From a virus (taxonomy: Duplodnaviria > Heunggongvirae > Uroviricota > Caudoviricetes), in the IMG/VR virus record IMGVR_UViG_2565956725_000004: a stretch of DNA of 44,271 bases; one strand, written 5' to 3'. A model generated the notes under the pieces. That model was not told the DNA's origin, ran no database searches, and saw only the letters and a program-made list of their open reading frames with translations. The number at the start of each line of letters is the position of its first letter. Position 1 is the stretch's first letter. Both the position numbers and the translations under genes were made by a program. This document shows, piece by piece, positions 1 to 8,775 of this stretch.

Positions 1-90
1 TTGCCTCCCCCCCGTTGATGGGTAAAATAGCCGCAATTTTTCGTTTTCAACAAGCGCGGCGCGATGCCGCTTACTCAAGAAGAAAGAATT

Positions 91-165
91 ATGACGTTGT
101 CTCCTTATTTGCAAGAGGTGGCGAAGCACCGCACTTTTGCCATTATTTCTCACCCCAATAATTAA
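91..165 (+). pseudogene. prfC: Truncated 5' fragment of host peptide chain release factor 3 gene (first ~22 codons, then divergent sequence and a stop)
   Basis: ATG at 91 translates [22 protein letters not shown] then NN-stop; this matches the remembered RF3 N-terminus up to the point where RF3 continues with the GTP-binding loop; recall-based, not searched. Confidence 0.6.
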
Positions 166-385
166 GTCCAAATTAAAGCTCTTTCACTCTTTCAAAATCC
201 TTTCGGTTAATTGAGGTCGAGCTATATAACTCATTTAAATACATTTGGTTATGTGACTTCTTTAATTGAAAATTCTTTCATGTAACTTTAAATCGATCAG
301 GTTGCTTTCATCAAAAATCTGTACATATGCTTGTACATAATGTACAAAGCAGCAGAGGTGTTTTGCGATTTGTACAAGGTGAGTA

Positions 386-1600
386 ATGGCGCTGTCTGAT
401 GCGTGGTTGCGTTCAGTCGTTGGAAAGGAACGTGATAAGGTTTTGGTTAAATCCGATCGTGATGGTCTGTCTGTCAGAGTATCACCGAAAGGTCGCGTAG
501 TGTTCCAATATCGTTATCAATGGGCAGGGAAAGGTGAGCGTCTTGATATCGGAACTTACCCGGCAACTGGATTAAAAGAGGCCAGAGAAGAAGTTATTCG
601 TCTCCGTGGTGAACTCGAGTCAAACCGTAATCCACGATTGGTCAAGCAGGCTGAAAAACGAAAAGCTACTGAAGCCATGACGGTAGAGTCTGTGATCCGT
701 GCCTGGTATGAAGCATATTGTGTAAAAAATAAAAAAGGTTCTGAACAGATACTCCGCTCGTTTGAGCTGCACCTGTTCTCTAAAATCGGGAATATCCCTC
801 ACGATGCAGCTACATTGCATGATTGGTTAGAAGTCCTGGAGCCTCTTAGCACTAAGACTCCAGCAATAGCAGACCGATTGCTAATTAACGCAAAGCAGGC
901 CCATGTCTGGGCGTATAAGAGAAAGCTCATTGAAACTCGCCCGCTGTCGGATATCACGGGTAAAGATATGGATATCCGTAAAGGTCAGAAGAAACGGTTT
1001 CTGACACATGATGAAATTAAAATCCTTTATGCTGCGATCGATGGTTCTCGAATGGTTCCTAAATACCGGGCCTTCATTAAACTATTGCTTCATTTTGGTT
1101 GCCGTAGTTCAGAGCTAATTACCGCCAGGGTGGACGATTTTGATTTCATTAATAAAGTATGGACTGTACCACCAGAACGACATAAGACTGGGGAGATAAC
1201 AGGCGAACCGCTAAAGCGGCCCATTATTGAACCGGTTGAAGAGCTTATAAAGTACGCTATTTCTATGAACAATGGTTCCGATATGCTTTTTACTAAGGAA
1301 GGAAGCAGGGAACCCGTTGGTCGGACATCATTGCAGTCGCTGCCTTACAATTTAATGCAGTATGCATGGCGGCGTTTGGGTTATCAATTCCCTCATTGGT
1401 CTCTTCATGATTTGAGGCGAACAGCACGAACAAACTTTTCTGATCTTACTGCGCCTCATATTGCAGAAATTATGCTAGGTCATAAACTGCCAGGGGTATG
1501 GCAAGTTTATGACAAGAGCGATTATCTAGAAGAACAGCGTAAAGCCTACCAAGCGTGGTGGGAGAGGGTTGAATCGATCGTTACTTGTACTGGTTCATAA
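386..1600 (+). CDS. int: Tyrosine recombinase, P4-type phage integrase
   Basis: 404-aa ORF; C-terminal HxLRRT-like motif (LHDLRRTARTN) and terminal Tyr region typical of tyrosine recombinases; sits beside the att junction. Confidence 0.9.
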   Translation: MALSDAWLRSVVGKERDKVLVKSDRDGLSVRVSPKGRVVFQYRYQWAGKGERLDIGTYPATGLKEAREEVIRLRGELESNRNPRLVKQAEKRKATEAMTVESVIRAWYEAYCVKNKKGSEQILRSFELHLFSKIGNIPHDAATLHDWLEVLEPLSTKTPAIADRLLINAKQAHVWAYKRKLIETRPLSDITGKDMDIRKGQKKRFLTHDEIKILYAAIDGSRMVPKYRAFIKLLLHFGCRSSELITARVDDFDFINKVWTVPPERHKTGEITGEPLKRPIIEPVEELIKYAISMNNGSDMLFTKEGSREPVGRTSLQSLPYNLMQYAWRRLGYQFPHWSLHDLRRTARTNFSDLTAPHIAEIMLGHKLPGVWQVYDKSDYLEEQRKAYQAWWERVESIVTCTGS

Positions 1601-1975
1601 TCGAAATGATATTTTGCATATCTAGTACGCAATAAAATATGACAGTCCGCTTTGAGCTGCGGACATTGCTAGCAGCATTTTCTGTGAAGTAACGGGAGGT
1701 TGTTCAATATTGCCTCTGAAAAGGATAACCATTCAATTCTTCATTGAAAAAACTCATCGAAGATTTTATGGAGGGATGCAATTTATTTTGAGCGAATTTA
1801 ATTCATCACTAATGATCCTACATAGTTATTGCCTTGCTCACTAAAAGGTGAGATTTCATTAGCTCACCAACAATAATTAAATAGGATCATTAGCACTTTA
1901 TATCAGGCTATAATTTTAATAAATTACGTTATTTAAAGCCATTTTCTCCATCAAGTAATATCTTCATGCTAATGT

Positions 1976-2992
1976 TCACTTTTGTTTTAGCTTTATAATT
2001 TCTGATATCATAGTTGTTAGCTTTGAATCGGAAAGATTCTGCAGTCTATCTTTCTCAATAGAAACTGTAGTTTGTCCCTTTTCTAATATGAAATTTCTTT
2101 CTGTTTTCATTAAAAGCATTGCCAACTCTTTTATCATGTCTTCGTTCTTGAATTCTTGAGCATATTTTAGAGACATGACTTTCATCTCAATATTTGTGAT
2201 TTCATTCTGAAAATATTTGATTTCGTCAAACCCATTTTTATAGAGGCGTAGAAAAAAATAAGCAAACAATTCAACGACTATTACAAATGATAATTTAGGA
2301 AGGTGATGAATAAAAAATCCCACCCCATCCACAATGTCTGGCGCGCTGTAAAGAAAGTAAGCAAGAGATAATATCCCTGTCAACGCAATTATTGTTCCGA
2401 TTGCAAGGTTAAGCCCACCTCGTCGATTGAGTCTGTCTATTTCAGACTCTAATCTTAGAACCATATCAGTATGGAGTTTATGTAAGCTGTAGCTCTTCTT
2501 AAAATCAGATATATCGCTTTTTAGGCTGTTATCTGCCAGAAGTATTGTGTTTCCAATTATTCTCTTTTTTGCATCGGATATTAACTTCTCCCTTTCACTC
2601 TCTGTTATTTCAATGGAAACTCCGGAAGATGTTCTATTTTCAATTTCGCTCAATTTTTTATTTAGCTTAACTATTTCTTTGTGAAAAATATATCTCGTGT
2701 TTTCAATATCTCTACCACCAATTCCTTTGTTTAAATAAGAAGTCATTATTGCGACAAAAGAACCAACAAAAACTAGGGCAGTTGCTGTAAATAAAATAAA
2801 CTCTTTCTTCTCGTTTATTAAATTTACTATTGATGATGATTCCAGTTGAATGTCTGAAAGCGAAGTTTTAAGCACAAAATTCATCACAGGTGAAACCATG
2901 ATTATGGCAACAACTATAATAAATCCATATTTTTTTATAATGTAAATAAGAAGACCAAATAAATCTTTCATTTTATCTTTTACCTGAAACAA
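1976..2992 (-). CDS. Hypothetical multi-pass membrane protein with coiled-coil segments (moron, possible phage exclusion or abortive-infection protein)
   Basis: 338-aa ORF with about four hydrophobic helices separated by Lys/Glu-rich predicted coiled-coil regions; strongly A+T-rich codon usage unlike flanking phage genes; flanked by A+T-rich non-coding DNA. Confidence 0.6.
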   Translation of the reverse strand: MFQVKDKMKDLFGLLIYIIKKYGFIIVVAIIMVSPVMNFVLKTSLSDIQLESSSIVNLINEKKEFILFTATALVFVGSFVAIMTSYLNKGIGGRDIENTRYIFHKEIVKLNKKLSEIENRTSSGVSIEITESEREKLISDAKKRIIGNTILLADNSLKSDISDFKKSYSLHKLHTDMVLRLESEIDRLNRRGGLNLAIGTIIALTGILSLAYFLYSAPDIVDGVGFFIHHLPKLSFVIVVELFAYFFLRLYKNGFDEIKYFQNEITNIEMKVMSLKYAQEFKNEDMIKELAMLLMKTERNFILEKGQTTVSIEKDRLQNLSDSKLTTMISEIIKLKQK

Positions 2993-3344
2993 ATTTTTAT
3001 TAAAGTAACTTAAAAAATGATTGATTGCAAGATTTACTATTGCTGTTCATTTTAAATTACTATACCCCCCTATGCATACATATAATCCCATAGGGGAGAA
3101 GTTTATTAGTTAGTTAAGTTGAAGGCTATACCTACAATCTAATTCCCCTCCAACCTAACATGCACAAGCGTCAACCTATCGGTAGTGATAATTTTATGAG
3201 GATACGTATAAACAAGATTCTGAGTTGCTCCTATTCATTAAGACAATACATTTTGTAACTTCTGCTTTTGGCTCAGGGTGGGGTGTGAGATTAGGTTTGG
3301 CTCTGTGCCATAGATGTGTCAGTTCACATCTGAGCTAATACACA

Positions 3345-3539
3345 TTACTCAATCACTCCAGCAAACCTATATATCTTGTGTGACGCCCATTTATTTGGGC
3401 ATGATTTAATATCAGGATCTGGAAAATCAGGCCTGTATTTCTGGCCAGTTCTCCAGTTTACGCTGTTCCAGCGAAGAACTGTCGATACTGAAACGCCACA
3501 GAAGTCGGCGACTTGTTTAGTTGTCATTAAGTTGTTCAT
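3345..3539 (-). CDS. xis: Excisionase / AlpA-TorI-like small DNA-binding protein
   Basis: 64-aa ORF with HTH-like segment (TTKQVADFCGVSVSTVLRW); positioned between integrase and early-left genes. Confidence 0.7.
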   Translation of the reverse strand: MNNLMTTKQVADFCGVSVSTVLRWNSVNWRTGQKYRPDFPDPDIKSCPNKWASHKIYRFAGVIE

Positions 3540-4159
3540 TACTTCACCTCCTGCGGCGGTTCCGGTAGCGGCATCCAGTGGGTTACTTTCGATGCCGGTT
3601 CTTCCACATCGTCAGTAACTGCCCACCATTTGTTTCTCGACCAATCGTAATACCCTTCGAAGGTATCGCACTCAGTCCAGCCGTAAGACTTCCCCCAACA
3701 CCAAACATACTGTTTATCGTTCGGCATTCGCTCACTACAGCTTATCCAACCATCCGGAGTTACCGGAGAGTTGCCCGACAGCTCGTTCAACTTGTAAGTC
3801 TGGCTTACAGGTTCGGCACCATGAAGCATGGCGGTGCGGCAGGAGTTCCAGCCTTCATCAAAGCCGACTATGCCATTATTTAAAGACGGAAGACCATCCG
3901 GCACCACCGACACTGGCTGAGCCATATATAGCGGCTGAACATACCAGCCCTTTGATAACCAACTGTCAGCAATGTTTTTGCTCCTGGTTATTGCCGGAAT
4001 ACCTAAGCCATTGTCTGAATGCAGCCACGCCAACGGCTCTGCTTCCAGTGATGCCAGAGCAATTTCATAAGCACGGCGCTCAACATTGTCTCGCACGTGC
4101 AGGCTGCCGATTCGTTCTTTGATTTCTTTAATCAGTTCCTTATCGGTGAAAGTGGTCAT
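3539..4159 (-). CDS. Phage protein, DUF551-like C-terminus
   Basis: 206-aa ORF ending in the WMPLPEPP motif that I recall as the DUF551 signature; stop overlaps the xis start. Confidence 0.55.
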   Translation of the reverse strand: MTTFTDKELIKEIKERIGSLHVRDNVERRAYEIALASLEAEPLAWLHSDNGLGIPAITRSKNIADSWLSKGWYVQPLYMAQPVSVVPDGLPSLNNGIVGFDEGWNSCRTAMLHGAEPVSQTYKLNELSGNSPVTPDGWISCSERMPNDKQYVWCWGKSYGWTECDTFEGYYDWSRNKWWAVTDDVEEPASKVTHWMPLPEPPQEVK

Positions 4160-4521
4160 TATGCCCCAGCCTCCGGTGCTTTTGGCATTACTGCCCAGTG
4201 AGTGATATTGACGTTTTCAAGGTCCCCGACCTGAAATGTCCACTGCCATTCTCCGGTTTCTTTTTGTCCCCAGGTGTACCAGAGAGAACGCCAGCCAATC
4301 AGCCAGCCTTCTCCGTTAGTATCAAATAACAGAACACTTTCATTTGCTGGTGGAAGTTCAACTGACACTGGTATTACTTTGTTTTCCAGTGCCGCACATT
4401 TAGCTTCAAGCGCATCGAATTTACGTACCAGATACTCAGCATTTGTTTCATTCACTTTCAGATCTCGCGGTACACATTTCCCGCGAAGAAACCCTTCCAT
4501 TTCGAAAACATTCATGCGCAT
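4159..4521 (-). CDS. Hypothetical phage protein (YfdS-like size and position)
   Basis: 120-aa ORF contiguous with neighbouring early-left genes; Trp-rich C-terminal half. Confidence 0.5.
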   Translation of the reverse strand: MRMNVFEMEGFLRGKCVPRDLKVNETNAEYLVRKFDALEAKCAALENKVIPVSVELPPANESVLLFDTNGEGWLIGWRSLWYTWGQKETGEWQWTFQVGDLENVNITHWAVMPKAPEAGA

Positions 4522-5048
4522 TTGCGTAACTCCGATAACTCGTTAAAACGTTCCATAAACATCCCATAGGCATGGCCTGGCGACAGTGGAATAACTTTGA
4601 ACATCTCTGTTGCCGGGATACCTTCCAGTACAGGCCAGAAAGAGCCATCATCAAGCCCGAGATCGCGGCGTTCGGTTGCCAGCATGATGAGATCGGCATA
4701 TTTCACAGGCGTGCTCATAACCGGGGGTAACCCGTATTTCTCACGGATTACGGCGTCTATTTTTTCTTCCATCCGTTTATAGTCAGGAAGAAGGCGTTTC
4801 AGTGGCGCGGGGATGTCCTGGCAATACGCTTCTGTTGCATCATGCATTAACGCTTCAAAAGCAAATTCCTGCGGCACCAGCTGGCTGCAAAGCACCGCAT
4901 GCTGGGCGACGCTGTAGAAGTGTGAAAGATGTCCTGCAAAGCGACAGATATTTGAAAGGGAAACCGCGATATCGTTAATCACGATGTCGTCTTTATTTAT
5001 CCTGTCATAATAAAAATGCTTCCCGGAAAAAGTTTTAATAAATGACAT
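4512..5048 (-). CDS. yfdR: HD-domain phosphohydrolase (YfdR-like 5'-deoxynucleotidase)
   Basis: HD-type motifs (FAGHLSHFYSVAQHAVL ... MHDATEAY); start taken at the internal Met (MSFIKTFSGKHF) preceded by a GGAG ribosome-binding site, giving 178 aa. Confidence 0.8.
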   Translation of the reverse strand: MSFIKTFSGKHFYYDRINKDDIVINDIAVSLSNICRFAGHLSHFYSVAQHAVLCSQLVPQEFAFEALMHDATEAYCQDIPAPLKRLLPDYKRMEEKIDAVIREKYGLPPVMSTPVKYADLIMLATERRDLGLDDGSFWPVLEGIPATEMFKVIPLSPGHAYGMFMERFNELSELRKCA

Positions 5049-5175
5049 TTTGTTCTCCACGTATATGTGCTGCACCACGCTGAATTCTGGTAAAAGGAAG
5101 CCCTCACCATCCGGTGATTATTGAGTTAATTACGTTTCCATAAATGCCCCCGCAGGGGCATTTGCAGTAATGAAA

Positions 5176-6000
5176 TCAGGCGGTGAAAGTACCAATAAAG
5201 GTTTCTACTTTGCTGTCCTTGAATTTCTCAACAAGCAGATCACGAAATTCGTTAGCCATTTCCTCCTGCACTGCTTCCAGCTGAATAATGCGCAGAACCA
5301 GTACAGGACGATCGCCAGTGAGAATGCTGAGGCGTAATTTAAACGGACGTTCTTTCAGGCCTTCAAACGGAACGCATTTAAATTCAAATGCCACTGGCAT
5401 AATGTCTTTGGTTTTCGCTTCGACAGACTCCATCAGGGAGCGTTTGCCGCTGAAGTCATTGTCTTCAAAATCAGCGGTCTGGTTTGCTTCAATCGTGATT
5501 TTACGGACTGCCGCAGCCGCTTTTGTTGCCTGAATAGCGTCACCATTAGCATCAAAGCCCACAAGGTAGTCGGCCCAGTCTTCAATCCATTCTGCCAGTG
5601 ACTTCTGGGAGTTACGCTCGCCGTTAACAGACAACAGGGCAGAGAACGGTGCTGTCTTTTTCAGTTTGAGAGTGGCGGTGTTATCTGCGTGACCTGGTTC
5701 ATCAATAGTACCCAGGTTAAGTACACTGACGGCACGCATATTATCAGCATCGATAAAGCAGCGGGTGCCTTCATCTGCAAGATCTTTAGAATAACGGGTA
5801 AAGTCATCGATGCTGGCAGTGGAAAGCGCACCACGGAAACGGAAGCGATTTAAATTAAATTTTTCCAGATCATGAATGAGGAAATTCTCGGGCAATGCCA
5901 CAGCATCGGCACCAATCTTACTGATAATTTCATTAACACCCTGAGCAGAAATAAGGGCATGGATTTGATTAATTGCGGTTGCGTCTAAGTTCTGAGACAT
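5176..6000 (-). CDS. yfdQ: YfdQ-family (DUF2303-like) prophage protein
   Basis: 274-aa ORF; length and sequence character match the remembered CPS-53 YfdQ. Confidence 0.7.
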   Translation of the reverse strand: MSQNLDATAINQIHALISAQGVNEIISKIGADAVALPENFLIHDLEKFNLNRFRFRGALSTASIDDFTRYSKDLADEGTRCFIDADNMRAVSVLNLGTIDEPGHADNTATLKLKKTAPFSALLSVNGERNSQKSLAEWIEDWADYLVGFDANGDAIQATKAAAAVRKITIEANQTADFEDNDFSGKRSLMESVEAKTKDIMPVAFEFKCVPFEGLKERPFKLRLSILTGDRPVLVLRIIQLEAVQEEMANEFRDLLVEKFKDSKVETFIGTFTA

Positions 6001-6065
6001 AATAAGTCCTCACTATATAAAGATATTCAGTGATGAGATAAATAATCAGTTAATTAAGAACGATA

Positions 6066-6428
6066 TTAATGACCTGCTGCGCGTAGTTTTCCGTCAGGTT
6101 CACCGGCAAGAGTCAGTAATTGTCCCTGGTCTTCCTGCAGAATAGTCAGACGACCACCGCGATTGACATACATCGGCGTTTCGGTGGTGTCTTCTTCGGA
6201 AATTTTCCCGCGGTTAGTCGGGCGAACATATGAGAGTTTGTGTTTGATTTTCACACGGTTCTCATCAAATGGTTCGATTTCCAGGTTGAGTGAGACCTTA
6301 CCTTTGGTTTTCGTGTTCATCACACCGGAAGCGACTTCACTGAGAACTGCGCCGATTTTGGTTTCAAATACGCCGCCGTCCAGCTCCCCGATAAATGCCT
6401 GCACATCAGTACTGCGTTCGCTAGCCAT
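6066..6428 (-). CDS. Hypothetical phage protein (YfdP-like position)
   Basis: Start placed at the internal Met (MASERSTDVQ) at 6428 because AGGAG lies 7-12 nt upstream; the longer ORF-track extension to 6746 has no ribosome-binding site and improbable composition. Confidence 0.6.
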   Translation of the reverse strand: MASERSTDVQAFIGELDGGVFETKIGAVLSEVASGVMNTKTKGKVSLNLEIEPFDENRVKIKHKLSYVRPTNRGKISEEDTTETPMYVNRGGRLTILQEDQGQLLTLAGEPDGKLRAAGH

Positions 6429-6896
6429 TTTGCTGCTCCTCATCATATCGACCCTGCAAGGTCGGTTGGTTTCTCCACAAAACAGAGAAGAACACCTGCG
6501 GTGGCAGCCGCCCGGATGGATTGGGTTATGAGCCCGTCGTCCGGTGATGCTCTTCTCTGTTTTGTAAAAAGAGCGGTACCAGCCGGAAGCAAGGGTACAA
6601 GCTGGTACCGCCAGGACTACACACAGCATAAAGTTGTGGTGCCGGGTGCCTCCCGGTGCCTGGCGAAGGTTGCACACCAGGCGGGTGGGTATCCACAGAA
6701 GGTCGACTGTCAGCCTCAACCTTAACCCGCGTGCGCTGAGCCGCATTCACCACAACGCTAAGGATTCTCTCTGGTTGAAAATACTTAGCTGTTATGTGCC
6801 TGCTTTTAGCCACATCAGGCGAGGTGGGCCTGGTTATTCCCCAACAACAAGGATTCGGCTAATCTGGATGACTCTGTTCTTAGAGGGGATAATTAA

Positions 6897-7409
6897 ATGG
6901 GAGCGATTTATGTTAAACGTTTGATTCTGTCGGTAGCACTGATAATACCGATAGCATCCAATGCTTCTGATGCTTTGAACCAGCCGAGCAGTAGTCTAAA
7001 TGATGGTGTTGAGACTTTTTTTATTTCCTGCTTTGATATGCCTCAGGAAACAACTACTGATATGGACGCTTGTCAGAGAGTTCAGTTAGCTCAGGTTAGT
7101 TGGGTTAAGAATAAGTATTCGGTGGCCGCCCTGAATCGTTTGAAACAAGACAACAAGGATGATCCACAGCGTCTGCAGGAATTAACTGCTTCTTTTAACG
7201 CGGAAAGTGAAGCTTGGACAGAATTAATTGAGAAAGCGTCAAAGTCCGTCCAGGTTGATTATGCAGGAGGAACTATAGCTGGCACTGCAGTTGCATCACG
7301 TCAAATTGGTCTTCTGGAATTACAATCCCACGATATCTGGGAGCACTGGCTACGATTCGAGGACTCAACTCCTCCTCTTTTGCCAGAACCAAAGTTCAAA
7401 TCTGAGTAA
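6897..7409 (+). CDS. Secreted or periplasmic moron protein (possible DUF1311/LprI-like)
   Basis: 170-aa ORF with N-terminal signal-peptide-like hydrophobic segment; transcribed against the flanking leftward operon; followed by a strong terminator. Confidence 0.55.
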   Translation: MGAIYVKRLILSVALIIPIASNASDALNQPSSSLNDGVETFFISCFDMPQETTTDMDACQRVQLAQVSWVKNKYSVAALNRLKQDNKDDPQRLQELTASFNAESEAWTELIEKASKSVQVDYAGGTIAGTAVASRQIGLLELQSHDIWEHWLRFEDSTPPLLPEPKFKSE

Positions 7410-7435
7410 TAAGTCATCCAGATTGTTAAAGAGCG

Positions 7436-7459
7436 AAGCGTCCTATAGGGCGCTTTTTT
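7436..7459 (+). terminator. Rho-independent terminator after the secreted moron gene
   Basis: 8-bp stem AAGCGTCC/GGGCGCTT (one G-U) with TATA loop, followed by a T-run. Confidence 0.6.
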
Positions 7460-7633
7460 GTTGCTAACGAATCATCCTGGACTTCATATGCCCCAGGCGG
7501 CTACTTCGTGGTCGTCCTGACTGTTCGTTTTTGACATTTACTGACCGCTTACGACACATGCACCATGCACCGTGTTGCAACCAGATTTTGTTGTAATCCT
7601 GTAGTTGGTCTGGAACAAAAGATAAAATTAAAA

Positions 7634-7670
7634 TGCGAGATGTGCAAGCAATATTTTGCGAGATGTGCAA
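7634..7670. promoter_or_regulatory. Candidate left operator (oL): two exact 14-bp direct repeats
   Basis: TGCGAGATGTGCAA at 7634..7647 and 7657..7670; half-sites resemble the TTGCG/CGCAA motifs in the cI-cro intergenic region. Confidence 0.45.
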
Positions 7671-7681
7671 AATGATGGGTG

Positions 7682-7704
7682 ATAAAAAGCCACCTTTCGG
7701 TGGC
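7682..7704 (-). terminator. Rho-independent terminator downstream of cI (minus strand)
   Basis: GCCACC-GAAA-GGTGGC hairpin followed by a U-run on the minus strand, 20 bp past the cI stop. Confidence 0.55.
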
Positions 7705-7724
7705 CGATGGATGGGATATTGAAG

Positions 7725-8417
7725 TTAATTATGTCTCTTAAGGGTTTGCGACTGACTGATTAAGACCTTTCCAAAGACCATGAATCGGTGTTCGTTTTCG
7801 CTAGTAATTCCCCATTCACGGTAAATCTGGTTATCAGAAATCACCAGCAGTTTGTCAGGAATCATTTGAAGTCTTTTAACGTATATTTTGTCATCAAAAC
7901 CAAAGACATATATACCATCACCATCAAACTGATTGATGCTGACATCAACGAAGATGAGATCTCCTGGCTCAATGGTTGGACACATACTGTCCCCACGAAC
8001 GTTGATAACTTTGATGTGATTGGCTGGTCGTCCGCCGAACATTGATACAGCATTATCAGTTCTGTATTCGATGGCATGAATCACATCAATGACATCACCG
8101 CCCTGGATAAGGCCATTTCCCGCACTGGCACTGATATCCAGCATTTCAATACGGAACACATCCTTCACCTGCGCAACATCCTCATCATTACTGTTTTTAT
8201 ATACAGTATTACTTTTGAGGGCAGAGGTAAAGAGATCAGCAATATCAACACCTAAGCTCTTGGCAATATTACTCAGTGTTTGTTCGGTAAATTGTTTCTG
8301 CTTACCCGTTTCTAAGCGCGAGATGTTCGCCGCATCTACTCCTATTGCTTCAGCGAGATCGGCGATTTTCATGTTCTTCGCTTGGCGAAGTTGTCTGACT
8401 CGGTTTCCTATGTTCAT
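7725..8417 (-). CDS. cI: CI-like prophage repressor (XRE HTH N-terminus, LexA-like S24 peptidase C-terminus)
   Basis: 230-aa ORF; N-terminal HTH (QLRQAKNMKIADLAEAIGVDAANISRLETGK); C-terminal S24-type Ser/Lys autocleavage region (GDSM ... KR); divergent from cro. Confidence 0.9.
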   Translation of the reverse strand: MNIGNRVRQLRQAKNMKIADLAEAIGVDAANISRLETGKQKQFTEQTLSNIAKSLGVDIADLFTSALKSNTVYKNSNDEDVAQVKDVFRIEMLDISASAGNGLIQGGDVIDVIHAIEYRTDNAVSMFGGRPANHIKVINVRGDSMCPTIEPGDLIFVDVSINQFDGDGIYVFGFDDKIYVKRLQMIPDKLLVISDNQIYREWGITSENEHRFMVFGKVLISQSQTLKRHN

Positions 8418-8437
8418 GCGTTTATTACATTTCTTTA

Positions 8438-8500
8438 TTGCGTGATAAGCAAATCAACTTGCGCAAAACACTTGCGTGAAATAACATGCATAACGCGCAA
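8438..8500. promoter_or_regulatory. Candidate right operator/promoter region (oR, pR/pRM) between cI and cro
   Basis: Repeated TTGCG/CGCAA half-sites: TTGCGTGATAAGCAA (8438..8452), palindrome TTGCGCAA (8459..8466), TTGCG (8472..8476), CGCGCAA (8494..8500). Confidence 0.5.
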
Positions 8501-8514
8501 TATTTGGAGGGTAT

Positions 8515-8775
8515 ATGCAATCACCATTACGAAATGTGCGTAAGGCGCATGGTTTCACTTTGCAGCATGTTGCTGCGGGTGTTCAAGTCAATCCAGCGAC
8601 GTTGAGTCGTATTGAGAGGCTGGAACAGATTCCATCTATCGAGCTTGCAGAACGTTTAGCCAATTTTTTTAAGGGTGAAATCAGCGAAATGCAGATTCTT
8701 TATCCGGCACGTTTTCAATCTAGCCAAAACCAGAATGGGTTTAAACCACAGGAACAGGAGGTGAACCGTGGGTAA
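8515..8775 (+). CDS. cro: Cro-like XRE-family HTH regulator
   Basis: 86-aa ORF with HTH (FTLQHVAAGVQVNPATLSRIER); first gene rightward of the operator region; GGAGG ribosome-binding site. Confidence 0.75.
   Translation: MQSPLRNVRKAHGFTLQHVAAGVQVNPATLSRIERLEQIPSIELAERLANFFKGEISEMQILYPARFQSSQNQNGFKPQEQEVNRG

Noticed and set aside
1643-1662. Hairpin GTCCGC...GCGGAC downstream of int as a terminator
   Set aside because: No T-run follows on the plus strand and the U-run on the minus strand is displaced by 6 nt; not convincing as an intrinsic terminator.
3312-3331. 7-bp-stem hairpin just downstream of xis as a terminator
   Set aside because: No U-run follows on the minus strand; it may be a protein-binding site but is not supported as a terminator.
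6066-6813. Long N-terminal extension of the YfdP-like ORF (226 aa) and the overlapping 95-aa ORF 6526..6813
   Set aside because: The ribosome-binding site lies immediately upstream of the internal Met at 6428; the upstream segment is the GC-rich structured region and its translations are Pro/Gly/Arg-rich and implausible.
7464-7670. 68-aa minus-strand ORF as a possible N antiterminator
   Set aside because: It initiates with TTG inside the operator repeats, lacks the N-terminal Arg-rich motif expected for N, and its first in-frame ATG leaves only 31 codons.
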